Assembly: GCF_000341895.1 (NCBI RefSeq)
Contig: NC_020409.1
Location: forward strand, 2,190,001-2,222,000
DNA from: Pseudodesulfovibrio piezophilus C1TLV30
Lineage (GTDB): Bacteria; Desulfobacterota; Desulfovibrionia; Desulfovibrionales; Desulfovibrionaceae
Length of the DNA stretch: 32,000 bases
Direction: 5' to 3'
In this document: positions 1 to 8,874 of the stretch, in pieces
How positions within the stretch are numbered: the stretch's first letter is position 1
How the letters are laid out: each line of letters starts with the position of its first letter
Position numbers and translations under genes: made by a program
The notes under the pieces: generated by a model
The model's input: the letters and a program-made list of their open reading frames with translations, nothing else
Databases searched by the model: none
What the model was told of the DNA's origin: nothing

Positions 1-20
1 CAAGCCGAGGAGAGACACCC

Positions 21-1100
21 GTGACACCCACTCAAACCAGTGCCCCCCAGACAGAGCTGACGCATCTGATCATCTATGCCAATGCCATATGCAACGCCCA
101 TTGTCTCATGTGTGATGTGGGCCGGGAGTCGGATATAGGCATTGCCCGACCGCTTGTTGGTGCACCCAGATACATGAGCCTTGCCCTGCTGGAAAAGCTC
201 CTTGATGATCCCCTGGTGACAGAGCGCACTCCCCGGTGCAACGTCTATTTCGTGATGACAGAACCGCTCCTGACCCCGCACCTGCCGGAGATGCTCCGGG
301 CGGCAAAAGAGCGGGGACACGCGGTCTTTCTGACAACCAACGGACTGTTACTGGAAAAACGGGCTGCGGAGATAGCCCCGTACATCGACAACATCCAGAT
401 CTCATTGGATGGCCCCGAAGCCGTCCATGACGCCATCAGAGGTCCGGGATTTTTTCGTGCCGCGCTCAAGGGACTTCAGGCGATTCGCGCCCTGCGACCG
501 GATGTGGAACTCGTCATCAACACGACCATTTTCAACCGCACCGCCCCAACCCTGACCGAGTTGGCATCCATTCTCGATGACCTCGGCGTCCGTATTGACA
601 TGTTCAAGGTGCAGGGTCTCGACTATGTCTCCGGTCCGATGCAGGCCCGGCATAACGCCTGTTATCCGAAAATCGAGCAATCCGCGTCCACCGAGGGGGA
701 TGTGCTCGATTTTGACGCCATTGATTTCGACGACCTCGCCCGCCAACTCTCCGAGCTGCGAGACTGGAAACCCAGAAACATAGACAGCATAGGCTTCAAG
801 CCCCCCTTTACCTCGGCCGATGAACTCCGTTCCTACTACACCGAAAATGGAGACAAACACGAGTCATGGCATACCTGCCTGACCCCGTTCGTCGCCATGG
901 CCGTCAACACGGCCGGCGAATGTTTTTTCCACATCAGATGTTTCAACGGCTATCAGCTGGGGAATGCCTCGACTCAACCCCTGGCTGCTATTTTCCATGG
1001 CCACAAGGCCAATGATTTCCGCCGTCAACTCACCGAAAGTGATTTCTGTTTTCCGGCCTGCACCCGCTGTTGCGGCGTCAATCCGGTTGACAGGGTTTAG
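21..1100 (+). CDS. Radical SAM enzyme with C-terminal SPASM/twitch-type Cys-rich domain
   Basis: GTG start preceded by GGAGAG. Radical SAM cluster motif C24-x3-C28-x2-C31 in 'YANAICNAHCLMCDVG' (nt 90-113). C-terminal Cys cluster 'CLTPF..GECFF..CFPACTRCCGV' is typical of auxiliary Fe-S (SPASM/twitch) domains. Confidence 0.85.
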   Translation: MTPTQTSAPQTELTHLIIYANAICNAHCLMCDVGRESDIGIARPLVGAPRYMSLALLEKLLDDPLVTERTPRCNVYFVMTEPLLTPHLPEMLRAAKERGHAVFLTTNGLLLEKRAAEIAPYIDNIQISLDGPEAVHDAIRGPGFFRAALKGLQAIRALRPDVELVINTTIFNRTAPTLTELASILDDLGVRIDMFKVQGLDYVSGPMQARHNACYPKIEQSASTEGDVLDFDAIDFDDLARQLSELRDWKPRNIDSIGFKPPFTSADELRSYYTENGDKHESWHTCLTPFVAMAVNTAGECFFHIRCFNGYQLGNASTQPLAAIFHGHKANDFRRQLTESDFCFPACTRCCGVNPVDRV

Positions 1101-1140
1101 GGTTTCCGGAACCGATCACCCGTAATCAGGAGCATTTCAC

Positions 1141-1578
1141 ATGAACGAAAAAGACATCATCATCGGATATACCACCGGAGTTTTCGATCTGTTTCATGTC
1201 GGGCACCTGAACCTGCTGCGCAAGGCCAAGGCCCTGTGCGACCGGCTCATCGTCGGCGTGACCACCGATGAATTGGTCGCTTACAAAAACAAACGAGCGG
1301 TGATCCCATTTCACGAACGCATGGAAATAGTGCATAGCATCGACTACGTGGACACAGTTGTCCCACAGGAAGATATGGATAAAATGAAAGCCTGGGACAA
1401 ACTTAAATTCGACATCATGTTCGTGGGCGATGATTGGCACGCAACAGAAAAATGGGAAGGATACGAAACGGAGTTCAAGCAAAAAGGCGTGAAGATCGTC
1501 TATCTGCCCTATACCAAAACGACTTCCTCCACCCTGATCAATGAAGTGCTGCTCAAACTGCGCGACAACACGCTCTAG
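1141..1578 (+). CDS. tagD: Glycerol-3-phosphate cytidylyltransferase (TagD/TarD-like; makes CDP-glycerol)
   Basis: 145 aa. N-terminal HxGH nucleotidyltransferase signature 'GVFDLFHVGHLNLLRKA'. C-terminal 'YTKTTSSTLI' resembles the RTEGISTT motif of the family. AGGAG RBS lies upstream. Confidence 0.85.
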   Translation: MNEKDIIIGYTTGVFDLFHVGHLNLLRKAKALCDRLIVGVTTDELVAYKNKRAVIPFHERMEIVHSIDYVDTVVPQEDMDKMKAWDKLKFDIMFVGDDWHATEKWEGYETEFKQKGVKIVYLPYTKTTSSTLINEVLLKLRDNTL

Positions 1579-1587
1579 GCCTGCTTC

Positions 1588-3522
1588 ATGTGCGGATTTC
1601 TCGGCATAGTAGCCAGCCAGGCTCTCTCAATTGATCGCGAACGGTTTCGCCGCGCCCTGAACCTGCAAAGGCACAGGGGGCCAGATGGTTCCGGCGTGCA
1701 TTGGGGCCCTCGCCACGCCCTCGGGCACAGACGGCTTTCCATCATTGACCTAAATGACCGTTCCGCACAGCCTATGTGTACCGAAGACGGGCGGTTCTGC
1801 CTCGTTTTCAATGGCGAGATATACAATTTCAAGGAAATCCGATCGCGACTGCACGGGCTGGGCCACCGCTTCTGCCGCGAAAGTGATACCGAGGTTCTGC
1901 TGCACGCCTATGAAGAATGGGGAACGGATTGTCTGGAGATGATGCAGGGCATGTTCGCCTTTGCCGTACTCGATACCGCTTCGGGAAAAGTCGTCCTGGC
2001 TCGAGACAGGCTGGGCATCAAACCACTCTATTATTCGCGCCATGGAGAGACGCTCTATTTTGCCTCGGAAATCAAATCCATCCTTGCCATGCTGGATGGC
2101 ATGCCCGCATTCAATGAACGGGCTGCGGCCTCGTACCTTTCCTTTCGCCAACCCCTAGAACAGGACACCTTTTATCAGGGTATCCATTCCCTGCGTCCCG
2201 GCCACATCCTGACCTTTGACAAGGAAAGACTCCACACAATCCAGTGGTGGGATTGCGCACAATGCATCGAAGAACAGCGTGATGACAAGGGAGAGGCCTT
2301 TTATGCGGACAGACTTCGTGAACTGCTGACCTCTTCCATACGCTATCGAATGATCTCGGACGTGCCCGTGGGCGCATATCTTTCCGGGGGAGTCGATTCC
2401 AGCGCCATCGCCACGATCATGGCCGGACTGTCCTCTGATCCCGTCTCCACTTTCACCATCGGATTTACCGAAGACGGGTACAACGAATTTCCCTATGCCC
2501 GCATGGTTGCGGAACAGGCCGGGACGACGCACCACGAAATACTTCTGGGAAGCACTGCCTACATGGAAGACATGGAAAGACTGATCCGACTCAAGGACGC
2601 ACCCCTTTCCGTGCCCAACGAAATCCCGTTGAACAGGATGTCCGCAGAGCTCAAACGCCACATCACCGTTGTGCTTTCCGGGGAAGGCGCGGATGAACTC
2701 TTCTGGGGATACGGCCGGATTTTCCGCTCGGCTTTCGACTACCAACGGATGGTCGCTCTGGAGAACGGCGAATATCCACCGCAGGAAGCCAGCCAACTCA
2801 CTGCCGCACTGACCGCCGCCTACGGCCAGGCGATATTCCCGTCCAAGCTCGACCATTTTCTTGCCAAATACCGCTATGTTCCCTTGTGCGAACAACAGCG
2901 CCTGCTCGATAAGGATGTGGTCCGATCCGCTGAGGTCATGCACCGAAAGACCTTTTCCCGTCTCTTTCGGACAGCCGGGGACGACTACGCCAACAACATC
3001 GCTTATGCCTTCACCAAAATACACCTTGAGGGGCTGTTGCGCCGCGTGGATTCCTCCACCATGGCGACTTCGGTTGAAGCCCGTGTTCCCTTCCTGGACC
3101 ATCGGTTGGTGGAATTCGCCTTCAGCGTGCCTTCGCACCACAAGTTACGCTGGAAATCTCCCGAGGCAGAGCAGGCCGGGAAACTGCTGGCAGCCGATGA
3201 TATCTCCGAACACCTCGATATACCCAAGTACATCCTGAAAAAATCGGCATCGAAACTTCTTCCCCATGACATTCTGTATCGAAAAAAGCAGGGATTCCCG
3301 GTCCCGCTTGATCAATGGGCCGGAGGCGACCTCAAAGACAAGGCTTCAGAAATCCTGCTCTCGCAAGAAGCACGACAGCGAGGTCTCTATGAGATGAAAA
3401 ACATGAAGAAACTCGTCGCCAACCTCGGTCCTCGGACTCCCCACAAGGATGCCCTAAAAGTCTGGATGCTCCTGAATCTCGAAGTATTTCTCTCCACCTG
3501 TTTCACAAGGCCGGTCCTGTAA
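1588..3522 (+). CDS. asnB: Asparagine synthase (glutamine-hydrolysing)-family amidotransferase
   Basis: Met-Cys2 Ntn nucleophile 'MCGFLGI'. Glutaminase motifs 'HRGPDG', 'RLSIIDL', 'NGEIYN'. PP-loop 'YLSGGVDSS' in the synthetase domain. 644 aa. Confidence 0.85.
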   Translation: MCGFLGIVASQALSIDRERFRRALNLQRHRGPDGSGVHWGPRHALGHRRLSIIDLNDRSAQPMCTEDGRFCLVFNGEIYNFKEIRSRLHGLGHRFCRESDTEVLLHAYEEWGTDCLEMMQGMFAFAVLDTASGKVVLARDRLGIKPLYYSRHGETLYFASEIKSILAMLDGMPAFNERAAASYLSFRQPLEQDTFYQGIHSLRPGHILTFDKERLHTIQWWDCAQCIEEQRDDKGEAFYADRLRELLTSSIRYRMISDVPVGAYLSGGVDSSAIATIMAGLSSDPVSTFTIGFTEDGYNEFPYARMVAEQAGTTHHEILLGSTAYMEDMERLIRLKDAPLSVPNEIPLNRMSAELKRHITVVLSGEGADELFWGYGRIFRSAFDYQRMVALENGEYPPQEASQLTAALTAAYGQAIFPSKLDHFLAKYRYVPLCEQQRLLDKDVVRSAEVMHRKTFSRLFRTAGDDYANNIAYAFTKIHLEGLLRRVDSSTMATSVEARVPFLDHRLVEFAFSVPSHHKLRWKSPEAEQAGKLLAADDISEHLDIPKYILKKSASKLLPHDILYRKKQGFPVPLDQWAGGDLKDKASEILLSQEARQRGLYEMKNMKKLVANLGPRTPHKDALKVWMLLNLEVFLSTCFTRPVL

Positions 3523-4724
3523 TGCCTCTTGTCCACTTCCTCATAAAATGGACCAGAATATACTGGTTCAGATTGCTGAAAAGAATCTGCCTGAGCCACA
3601 CTCGCTCTCAGAAGCTGTGGGTCTTCGGCGCGAGGGAAAGATTCCGCTATGACGAAAACTCGAAGCACCTTTTCGAATATGTCAATCGGCATAGGCCAGA
3701 TATCCACGCGGTCTGGCTGACGCGCGACCCGGCCATACGGCACCACCTGCGGGCACAAGGACTGGATGCGCGCATGTCCCACAGCATCGGCGGCTACACG
3801 GCGCAGTTCATGGCGGGCATATCGTTTGTGAACGTCTCATATCGGGATGTGAACTGGTTTCTGCTCTATGGATGCCCCGTGGTCCAACTCTGGCACGGCA
3901 CCCCCATGATGGAGAACGACCTCAAATATCTTGGGGAAGAATACGCTTTCGTGACCCTTGCTTCCGAAGAATTCCTGACAAAGCAACACCTTGGTGACCC
4001 GAAGGTCTTTGATTTTCGACTCACGGGCTACCCTCGGGCTGACAGCCTTGCCCGAACGGACATCGCCCCGGCAGTCAAACATCTCAAGCAACGATACGGA
4101 TTTGATAAACTGGTCCTCTACGTGCCCACACATCGCAGACCACCGCAATGGGACGGCAAAGGAAAACCTGTCGTCGAATATGGACTCTTCGGTCCCTATG
4201 GCTTTGATTTCCATGCCATGGAAGCCCTTATGGAAAAGCACAATGCCCTGTTCGTTCTCAAGCTCCACCCCCTGCAACCTTTTGCGGACGCGGCATCGGC
4301 AGAACACTTCGAAAACAGCTCCTTCATGCATCTGGCAGCCCATGACGACCCGTTGGCGGACGTCTTCGACTTCATGCGATCCACGGATGTCCTGATAACG
4401 GATTTTTCATCCATCTATTTCGATTTCCTACTCCTTGACCGCCCGGTGATTTTCACGCCTTTTGATATCAAGGAGATGGAGTCTACACGGAAATTCAGGT
4501 TCGACTACAACGAGATTACCCCCGGTCCCCAGGCTCACGACTGGCCGGAGACACTCAGACATCTCGACCAGATACTCAATGGCGCGGACGAATTCAGCGA
4601 GTCACGACAGCGCGTCTGTCGCCGTTTCAATCACCACGGAGACAACAACAGGTGTTCCCGCGTTGTCAATGAAGCCATGCAGTATCTCCTGACCATGGAA
4701 AGCAAAAGCAAGGAACAATCATGA
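3522..4724 (+). CDS. CDP-glycerol glycerophosphotransferase family protein (TagB/TagF-like)
   Basis: Family-typical motifs 'LWVFGARE..DENSKHLFEYV', 'VLYVPTHR', 'LKLHP', 'DVLITDFSSIYFDFLLLDRPVIF'. The start overlaps the asnB stop (TAATG). Confidence 0.8.
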   Translation: MPLVHFLIKWTRIYWFRLLKRICLSHTRSQKLWVFGARERFRYDENSKHLFEYVNRHRPDIHAVWLTRDPAIRHHLRAQGLDARMSHSIGGYTAQFMAGISFVNVSYRDVNWFLLYGCPVVQLWHGTPMMENDLKYLGEEYAFVTLASEEFLTKQHLGDPKVFDFRLTGYPRADSLARTDIAPAVKHLKQRYGFDKLVLYVPTHRRPPQWDGKGKPVVEYGLFGPYGFDFHAMEALMEKHNALFVLKLHPLQPFADAASAEHFENSSFMHLAAHDDPLADVFDFMRSTDVLITDFSSIYFDFLLLDRPVIFTPFDIKEMESTRKFRFDYNEITPGPQAHDWPETLRHLDQILNGADEFSESRQRVCRRFNHHGDNNRCSRVVNEAMQYLLTMESKSKEQS

Positions 4725-5836
4725 CATTCGTCATACTGACATTCAATTACATCCCCTTCATCGAGTCTCTTTACCGAGCCAATCCCGACTTGCGGGACAT
4801 GCCTTATGCAGAGCAACTCGAAACGATCCATGTCGCCTCCTTCGGTACAGCGGATTTCTACAGCCACGGGCTGCGCGCACAAGGGCATGAAGCCACTGAT
4901 ATCATCTGGAACAATGAAATTCTTCAATTGACGTGGTGCCGGGAATACGCACCAGACCTGGTCGAAAGATTTTCCACACGACAGGATACCACCGCATGGC
5001 TCATGGAAGTGATGCTTCGGCAGATCGAAGCTGTACACCCTGATGCCCTGTTTCAAATTCCGGTCTATGACTTCCCGCCCGAGATCATGGAGCAACTCAA
5101 GTCTCTGACCCGTCTTTACATCGGACAATGCGCCTATCCTTTGCGTGAAGACAGATCGCTGCACCCATTTGACCTCATGCTCTCCTCTCTCCCCAACTAT
5201 GTGGAACGATTTCGATCCATGGGCCTGAAGGCCGATCTGCTCCCGCTGGGATTCGACCCCCGCATCGAAGAAAGACTGCCCCGGATGGACCGTGACCATG
5301 ACGTTGTTTTCATCGGTGGCTTCTGCGAACAACACATGCCGCGCACCCTTTTTCTGGAGCAGGTTATCCAGGGACTGGGATCGGATGTCAGCTTTGAATG
5401 CATCGGGTATACCGACAGGGATGGATTGGCCCCGGATTCGCCCATTCGCGAACGGCTCAAAGAACCTCTCTGGGGTCTGGATATGTTTGCCACACTCAAG
5501 CGAGCCAAGATTGTCCTGAACGCCCATGCGCCATGGGCCGAGGGATATGCCAACAACATGCGCCAGTACGAAGCCACCGGGATGGAAGCATGCTTGCTCA
5601 CCCACCACGCTCCGAATATCGACGACTTCTTCATTCCCGGCAGGGAAATCGCCACCTATGATTCCGTCCACTCATGTGTCAATGCTCTGCACGGACTCCT
5701 TTCGGACACTGCCGGGCGGCAGGAACTGGCGCACAATGGGCATCAAAGGACCATCACCGACCACACCTATGCCGACCGCGCCGCGCAGTTGGCAGGGATG
5801 GTTGAGAAACGACTCACCATGAGGGACCGCACATGA
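4721..5836 (+). CDS. CgeB-like (DUF3880 / Glyco_trans_1_2-type) putative glycosyltransferase
   Basis: 'DVVFIGG', 'AKIVLNAH' and 'EATGMEACLLT' resemble the C-terminal GT-B half of the CgeB/spore-maturation glycosyltransferase family. ATGA overlap with the upstream gene. Confidence 0.55.
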   Translation: MTFVILTFNYIPFIESLYRANPDLRDMPYAEQLETIHVASFGTADFYSHGLRAQGHEATDIIWNNEILQLTWCREYAPDLVERFSTRQDTTAWLMEVMLRQIEAVHPDALFQIPVYDFPPEIMEQLKSLTRLYIGQCAYPLREDRSLHPFDLMLSSLPNYVERFRSMGLKADLLPLGFDPRIEERLPRMDRDHDVVFIGGFCEQHMPRTLFLEQVIQGLGSDVSFECIGYTDRDGLAPDSPIRERLKEPLWGLDMFATLKRAKIVLNAHAPWAEGYANNMRQYEATGMEACLLTHHAPNIDDFFIPGREIATYDSVHSCVNALHGLLSDTAGRQELAHNGHQRTITDHTYADRAAQLAGMVEKRLTMRDRT

Positions 5837-6759
5837 GCCATCTTGATGACCATATAGACAAGGCCCGCACCCTTCTCCGCGACGGGCATCCCCGGACCGC
5901 CCTTGACGAACTGATCGAAGCCAAAAGATTGCGGGAACCGCGCCAGGGGCTGGATGTGCTCCGCGCAGATTGTTTCCTGGCCATGGGAGAATATGCCCAG
6001 GCCCATGAATCTCTGCTGGAAGAGCTGCGGTTTTTCCCTGACAATGCCGTGGCCTGCGAGGCATTGAAGAACCTCCCCGGAGACATGAGCCGAGAGATTA
6101 CCCACGAAGACTCGGAATTCGAGCCTCTTCTGGCCAAAATTCGCCCGTATACCATGCTCCCGGTCAATCGACTCTACAATCTCTACCTCCGGGCAAAAGA
6201 GGTATGTGCGCATGATATTCCCGGTGACTTTGCCGAATTCGGCGTGGCGGGCGGAGGCTCCACAGCCATGCTCGCCGCCGTGATCAGAAACCACTCCAGC
6301 CGCCCGCGAACGGTTCACGCCTTTGACACATTCTCGGGGATGCCCGATCCATGCTCTCTCGATTGTCTACACACCGGGACCCCCGCCGACGCCACGGGCT
6401 GGGGAGCGGGAACCTGCGCCGCTCCCACCGAATCCCTGCGCACCATCTGCAATCATCTTGGTGTGTTGGATATGGTCAGAATCAATGAAGGTCTCTTTCA
6501 GGAGACGCTGCCTTTGGTCAAACAAGACATGACAACGCTGGCTTTGCTGCACGGTGACGCCGATTGGTATGAATCCATGCGGTATATCCTCATGACCTGT
6601 TTTGACACCGTGGGCACAGGCGGGGCTGTGATCCTCGACGATTATGGATACTGGGACGGCTGTACCAAAGCCGTCGATGAATTTTTCGCCATCAGCAGAC
6701 AGACCCCGGAACTGCGTCCCATCAAGGGAGGCGGCGGTGTCTGGCTGCGCAAGGAGTAA
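5833..6759 (+). CDS. TPR-like N-terminal segment fused to a TylF/MycF-family (macrocin O-methyltransferase-like) SAM methyltransferase
   Basis: 'PGDFAEFGVAGGGSTAML', 'AFDTFSGMP', 'LHGDADWYES', 'VILDDYGYWDGCTKAVDEF' match TylF-family signatures. The first ~80 aa are helical and TPR-like ('CFLAMGEYAQAHESLLEELRFFPDN'). ATGA overlap upstream. Confidence 0.8.
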   Translation: MSHLDDHIDKARTLLRDGHPRTALDELIEAKRLREPRQGLDVLRADCFLAMGEYAQAHESLLEELRFFPDNAVACEALKNLPGDMSREITHEDSEFEPLLAKIRPYTMLPVNRLYNLYLRAKEVCAHDIPGDFAEFGVAGGGSTAMLAAVIRNHSSRPRTVHAFDTFSGMPDPCSLDCLHTGTPADATGWGAGTCAAPTESLRTICNHLGVLDMVRINEGLFQETLPLVKQDMTTLALLHGDADWYESMRYILMTCFDTVGTGGAVILDDYGYWDGCTKAVDEFFAISRQTPELRPIKGGGGVWLRKE

Positions 6760-6761
6760 CC

Positions 6762-8174
6762 GTGCCCGATATTCTGCATGTCATACGCGGGTATTCCCGA
6801 GGCGGAGCCGCAACAGCCATGCTTGGCCTGGCCCGACGTGCCGTGGAAGCTGGTCAGCGCCATGCCATTGCCTCGCTGGTGCCGTCCGACCCCGCCCATG
6901 CCGAAACAGCGCGGGCACTCGGCGTTCCGGTCCACGATGTCACCTCTCCAAGCCACTTTGCCACGCTTGCAGACGCATTCGATATCGTCCTCGTCCACTG
7001 GTGGAACAGTCCGGAGATGGACACATTCCTCCGTGCGCCCCTGCCCCCCATACGACTCGCTCTCTGGATTCACGTCGGCGGGACCAGTGCGCCCCAGGTC
7101 GTTACCAGATCATTGCTTGCCCTCCCTGATATCGCAATCGGCTGCAGCCCGGTGACCCTGGAAGCCATGCAGGACACCTGGAGCGGCACCGACCTGCACA
7201 TGGTGCTGGCCGGAGCCGAATTCGATCCTCTCAAGGCCGTACAACCACAACCGCATTCGGGGTTCACTGTCGGCTACGTTGGAACAGCCGCCAGCCACAA
7301 GATGCATCCGAACTATATATCCATGAGCAGCAAGGCCCGCCTTGAAGATGCCCGGTTCATCGTTTGCGGCGACGGGGAACTGGAGCAACTCCGAGCGCAG
7401 GCGGCGGAGACAGCATGCCCGGAGGCTTTCGAGATTCGGGGGTTTGTGGATTCCGTGGCCGATGTTTTTGCCAGCCTTGATGTCTACGGCTACCCCCTGT
7501 GTCACGATACCTATGCCGCAGCCGAACTAAATTTGCAGGAAGCCATGTATTGCGGTGTTCCTCCCGTAGTCTTCCCTCATGGCGGCGTCCGTCTGCTGGT
7601 GGATCATGGGATCAACGGGCTGGTCGTGGAGAATGAGGCAGACTATGCTCTGGCCCTGGAACAACTCCATGACGACCCGGCCGAACGCCTCCGATTGGGA
7701 ACCAATGCCCGACGCAAGGCACAGACTGAATTTGGGGCGGAAAATACATTCAAAAACATGGAGAGAGTCTGCCAATCATTGATGGCCCGGCCGAAACAGA
7801 GCCGGAGCGGCCTCGGAAACGGAATCGATCCGGCAACGGGATTTGAGCGATTCATGGACTCCCTCGGAGAAAATGATACGATTTTCCGTATCAGCGCGGG
7901 ATTGACTCCCGGCGACATGGAGCAAGCGGATACCGCCATTGCCAATGCCAGTCCGCTCATGGCGTCACGATGGTCCGGCGGCATCCTGCACTGGGCCAGC
8001 GCGTGGCGGGAAGACCCCTGGCTCGCATACTGGTCCGGGCTGGTTCAGGAGAAGAGCGCACCGGACAGGGCGCATGAAGCATTTTGCAAGGCGGAACAGA
8101 AGGGACTAAACACCCCCCGCCTCTCCCGCCGCATCAGGCGGACAACAGACGCAACGCACACGAAGGAGTTATGA
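6762..8174 (+). CDS. GT4-family (GT-B, retaining-type) glycosyltransferase with ~130-aa C-terminal helical extension
   Basis: 'RFIVCGDGE' and 'EAMYCGVPPVVFPHGGVRLLVDHGINGLVVEN' (E-x7-E region of Glycos_transf_1). GTG start 2 nt after the upstream stop. Confidence 0.75.
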   Translation: MPDILHVIRGYSRGGAATAMLGLARRAVEAGQRHAIASLVPSDPAHAETARALGVPVHDVTSPSHFATLADAFDIVLVHWWNSPEMDTFLRAPLPPIRLALWIHVGGTSAPQVVTRSLLALPDIAIGCSPVTLEAMQDTWSGTDLHMVLAGAEFDPLKAVQPQPHSGFTVGYVGTAASHKMHPNYISMSSKARLEDARFIVCGDGELEQLRAQAAETACPEAFEIRGFVDSVADVFASLDVYGYPLCHDTYAAAELNLQEAMYCGVPPVVFPHGGVRLLVDHGINGLVVENEADYALALEQLHDDPAERLRLGTNARRKAQTEFGAENTFKNMERVCQSLMARPKQSRSGLGNGIDPATGFERFMDSLGENDTIFRISAGLTPGDMEQADTAIANASPLMASRWSGGILHWASAWREDPWLAYWSGLVQEKSAPDRAHEAFCKAEQKGLNTPRLSRRIRRTTDATHTKEL

Positions 8175-8177
8175 AGA

Positions 8178-8861
8178 ATGCCCACCATAGACTGGCTCAA
8201 ACAGGAATTCGACTACGGATACGACTCCGGTGATGTCCTGGCTGAAACTCCCGGAAAAGTCCGGGCCACCGAAGAATCCCGCATCGGCGGCTGCTACAGA
8301 ACAGTCTTTACCAAGGCGGTTCTGCCACATATGCGCGAGGATTCCACTGTTCTGGAGATCGGTCCCGGTGGCGGTTCCTGGTCCCGTGCCCTGCTGACAC
8401 ATCTTCCCAAAGGCACGCTCCACACTGCCGATTTTCAAGATGTCACTCCATGGCTCAAACCCGAAGAGTACAACGGCAGACTCATCTGCACACAGGTCAC
8501 AGACAACTCTCTGCGGGAGTTTGAGAACGGCATGTTCGATTTCATCTGGTCATTCGGTGTCCTGTGCCATTGTAATACGGACCTGATAGCCCAGGTACTC
8601 AAAGCCTCCTTTGCCAGAGCCGCTTCCGGTGCGACAGCCGTCCATCAATATGCGGACTGGGAAAAGCTCGATGCACTGGGCTGGCCGCAATCCCGCCACA
8701 TACCGGCTGTTTTTCGCGATATGGAAGATGATGAAATCTGGTGGCCGAGGAATTCCCGGTCAACCATGACCCGTCTGGCCGAAGAGGCCGGGTGGACCGT
8801 GAAAAAACCGGATATGGGCCTCCTGGAACGCGATTCCATGATTCTGCTCACACACCCCTAA
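8178..8861 (+). CDS. Class I SAM-dependent methyltransferase (small, 227 aa)
   Basis: SAM-binding motif I 'VLEIGPGGGSWS' followed by an acidic motif II region. Tightly packed in the operon. Confidence 0.6.
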   Translation: MPTIDWLKQEFDYGYDSGDVLAETPGKVRATEESRIGGCYRTVFTKAVLPHMREDSTVLEIGPGGGSWSRALLTHLPKGTLHTADFQDVTPWLKPEEYNGRLICTQVTDNSLREFENGMFDFIWSFGVLCHCNTDLIAQVLKASFARAASGATAVHQYADWEKLDALGWPQSRHIPAVFRDMEDDEIWWPRNSRSTMTRLAEEAGWTVKKPDMGLLERDSMILLTHP

Positions 8862-8874
8862 CCCAAGGAAGCCG

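Noticed and set aside
2155-3141. 328-aa ORF on the minus strand inside asnB
   Set aside because: It is antisense to a gene with unambiguous AsnB motifs. The product is Gly/Arg/His-rich and low-complexity with no recognisable motif, typical of shadow ORFs in GC-rich coding DNA.
1588-3522. AsnB-like protein as a lasso-peptide cyclase, or the island as a RiPP cluster (SPASM + AsnB-like)
   Set aside because: The protein keeps the Cys2 glutaminase nucleophile and full glutaminase motifs. No transglutaminase-like protease, PqqD/RRE protein or precursor-sized ORF with an RBS is nearby, and the surrounding genes are all carbohydrate enzymes. It cannot be fully excluded for gene 21-1100, because the upstream sequence is missing.
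4631-5671. 346-aa minus-strand ORF opposite the CgeB-like gene
   Set aside because: It is a shadow ORF. It spans the junction of two coupled plus-strand genes and has no RBS or motif support. The plus-strand reading gives the operon-consistent ATGA coupling.
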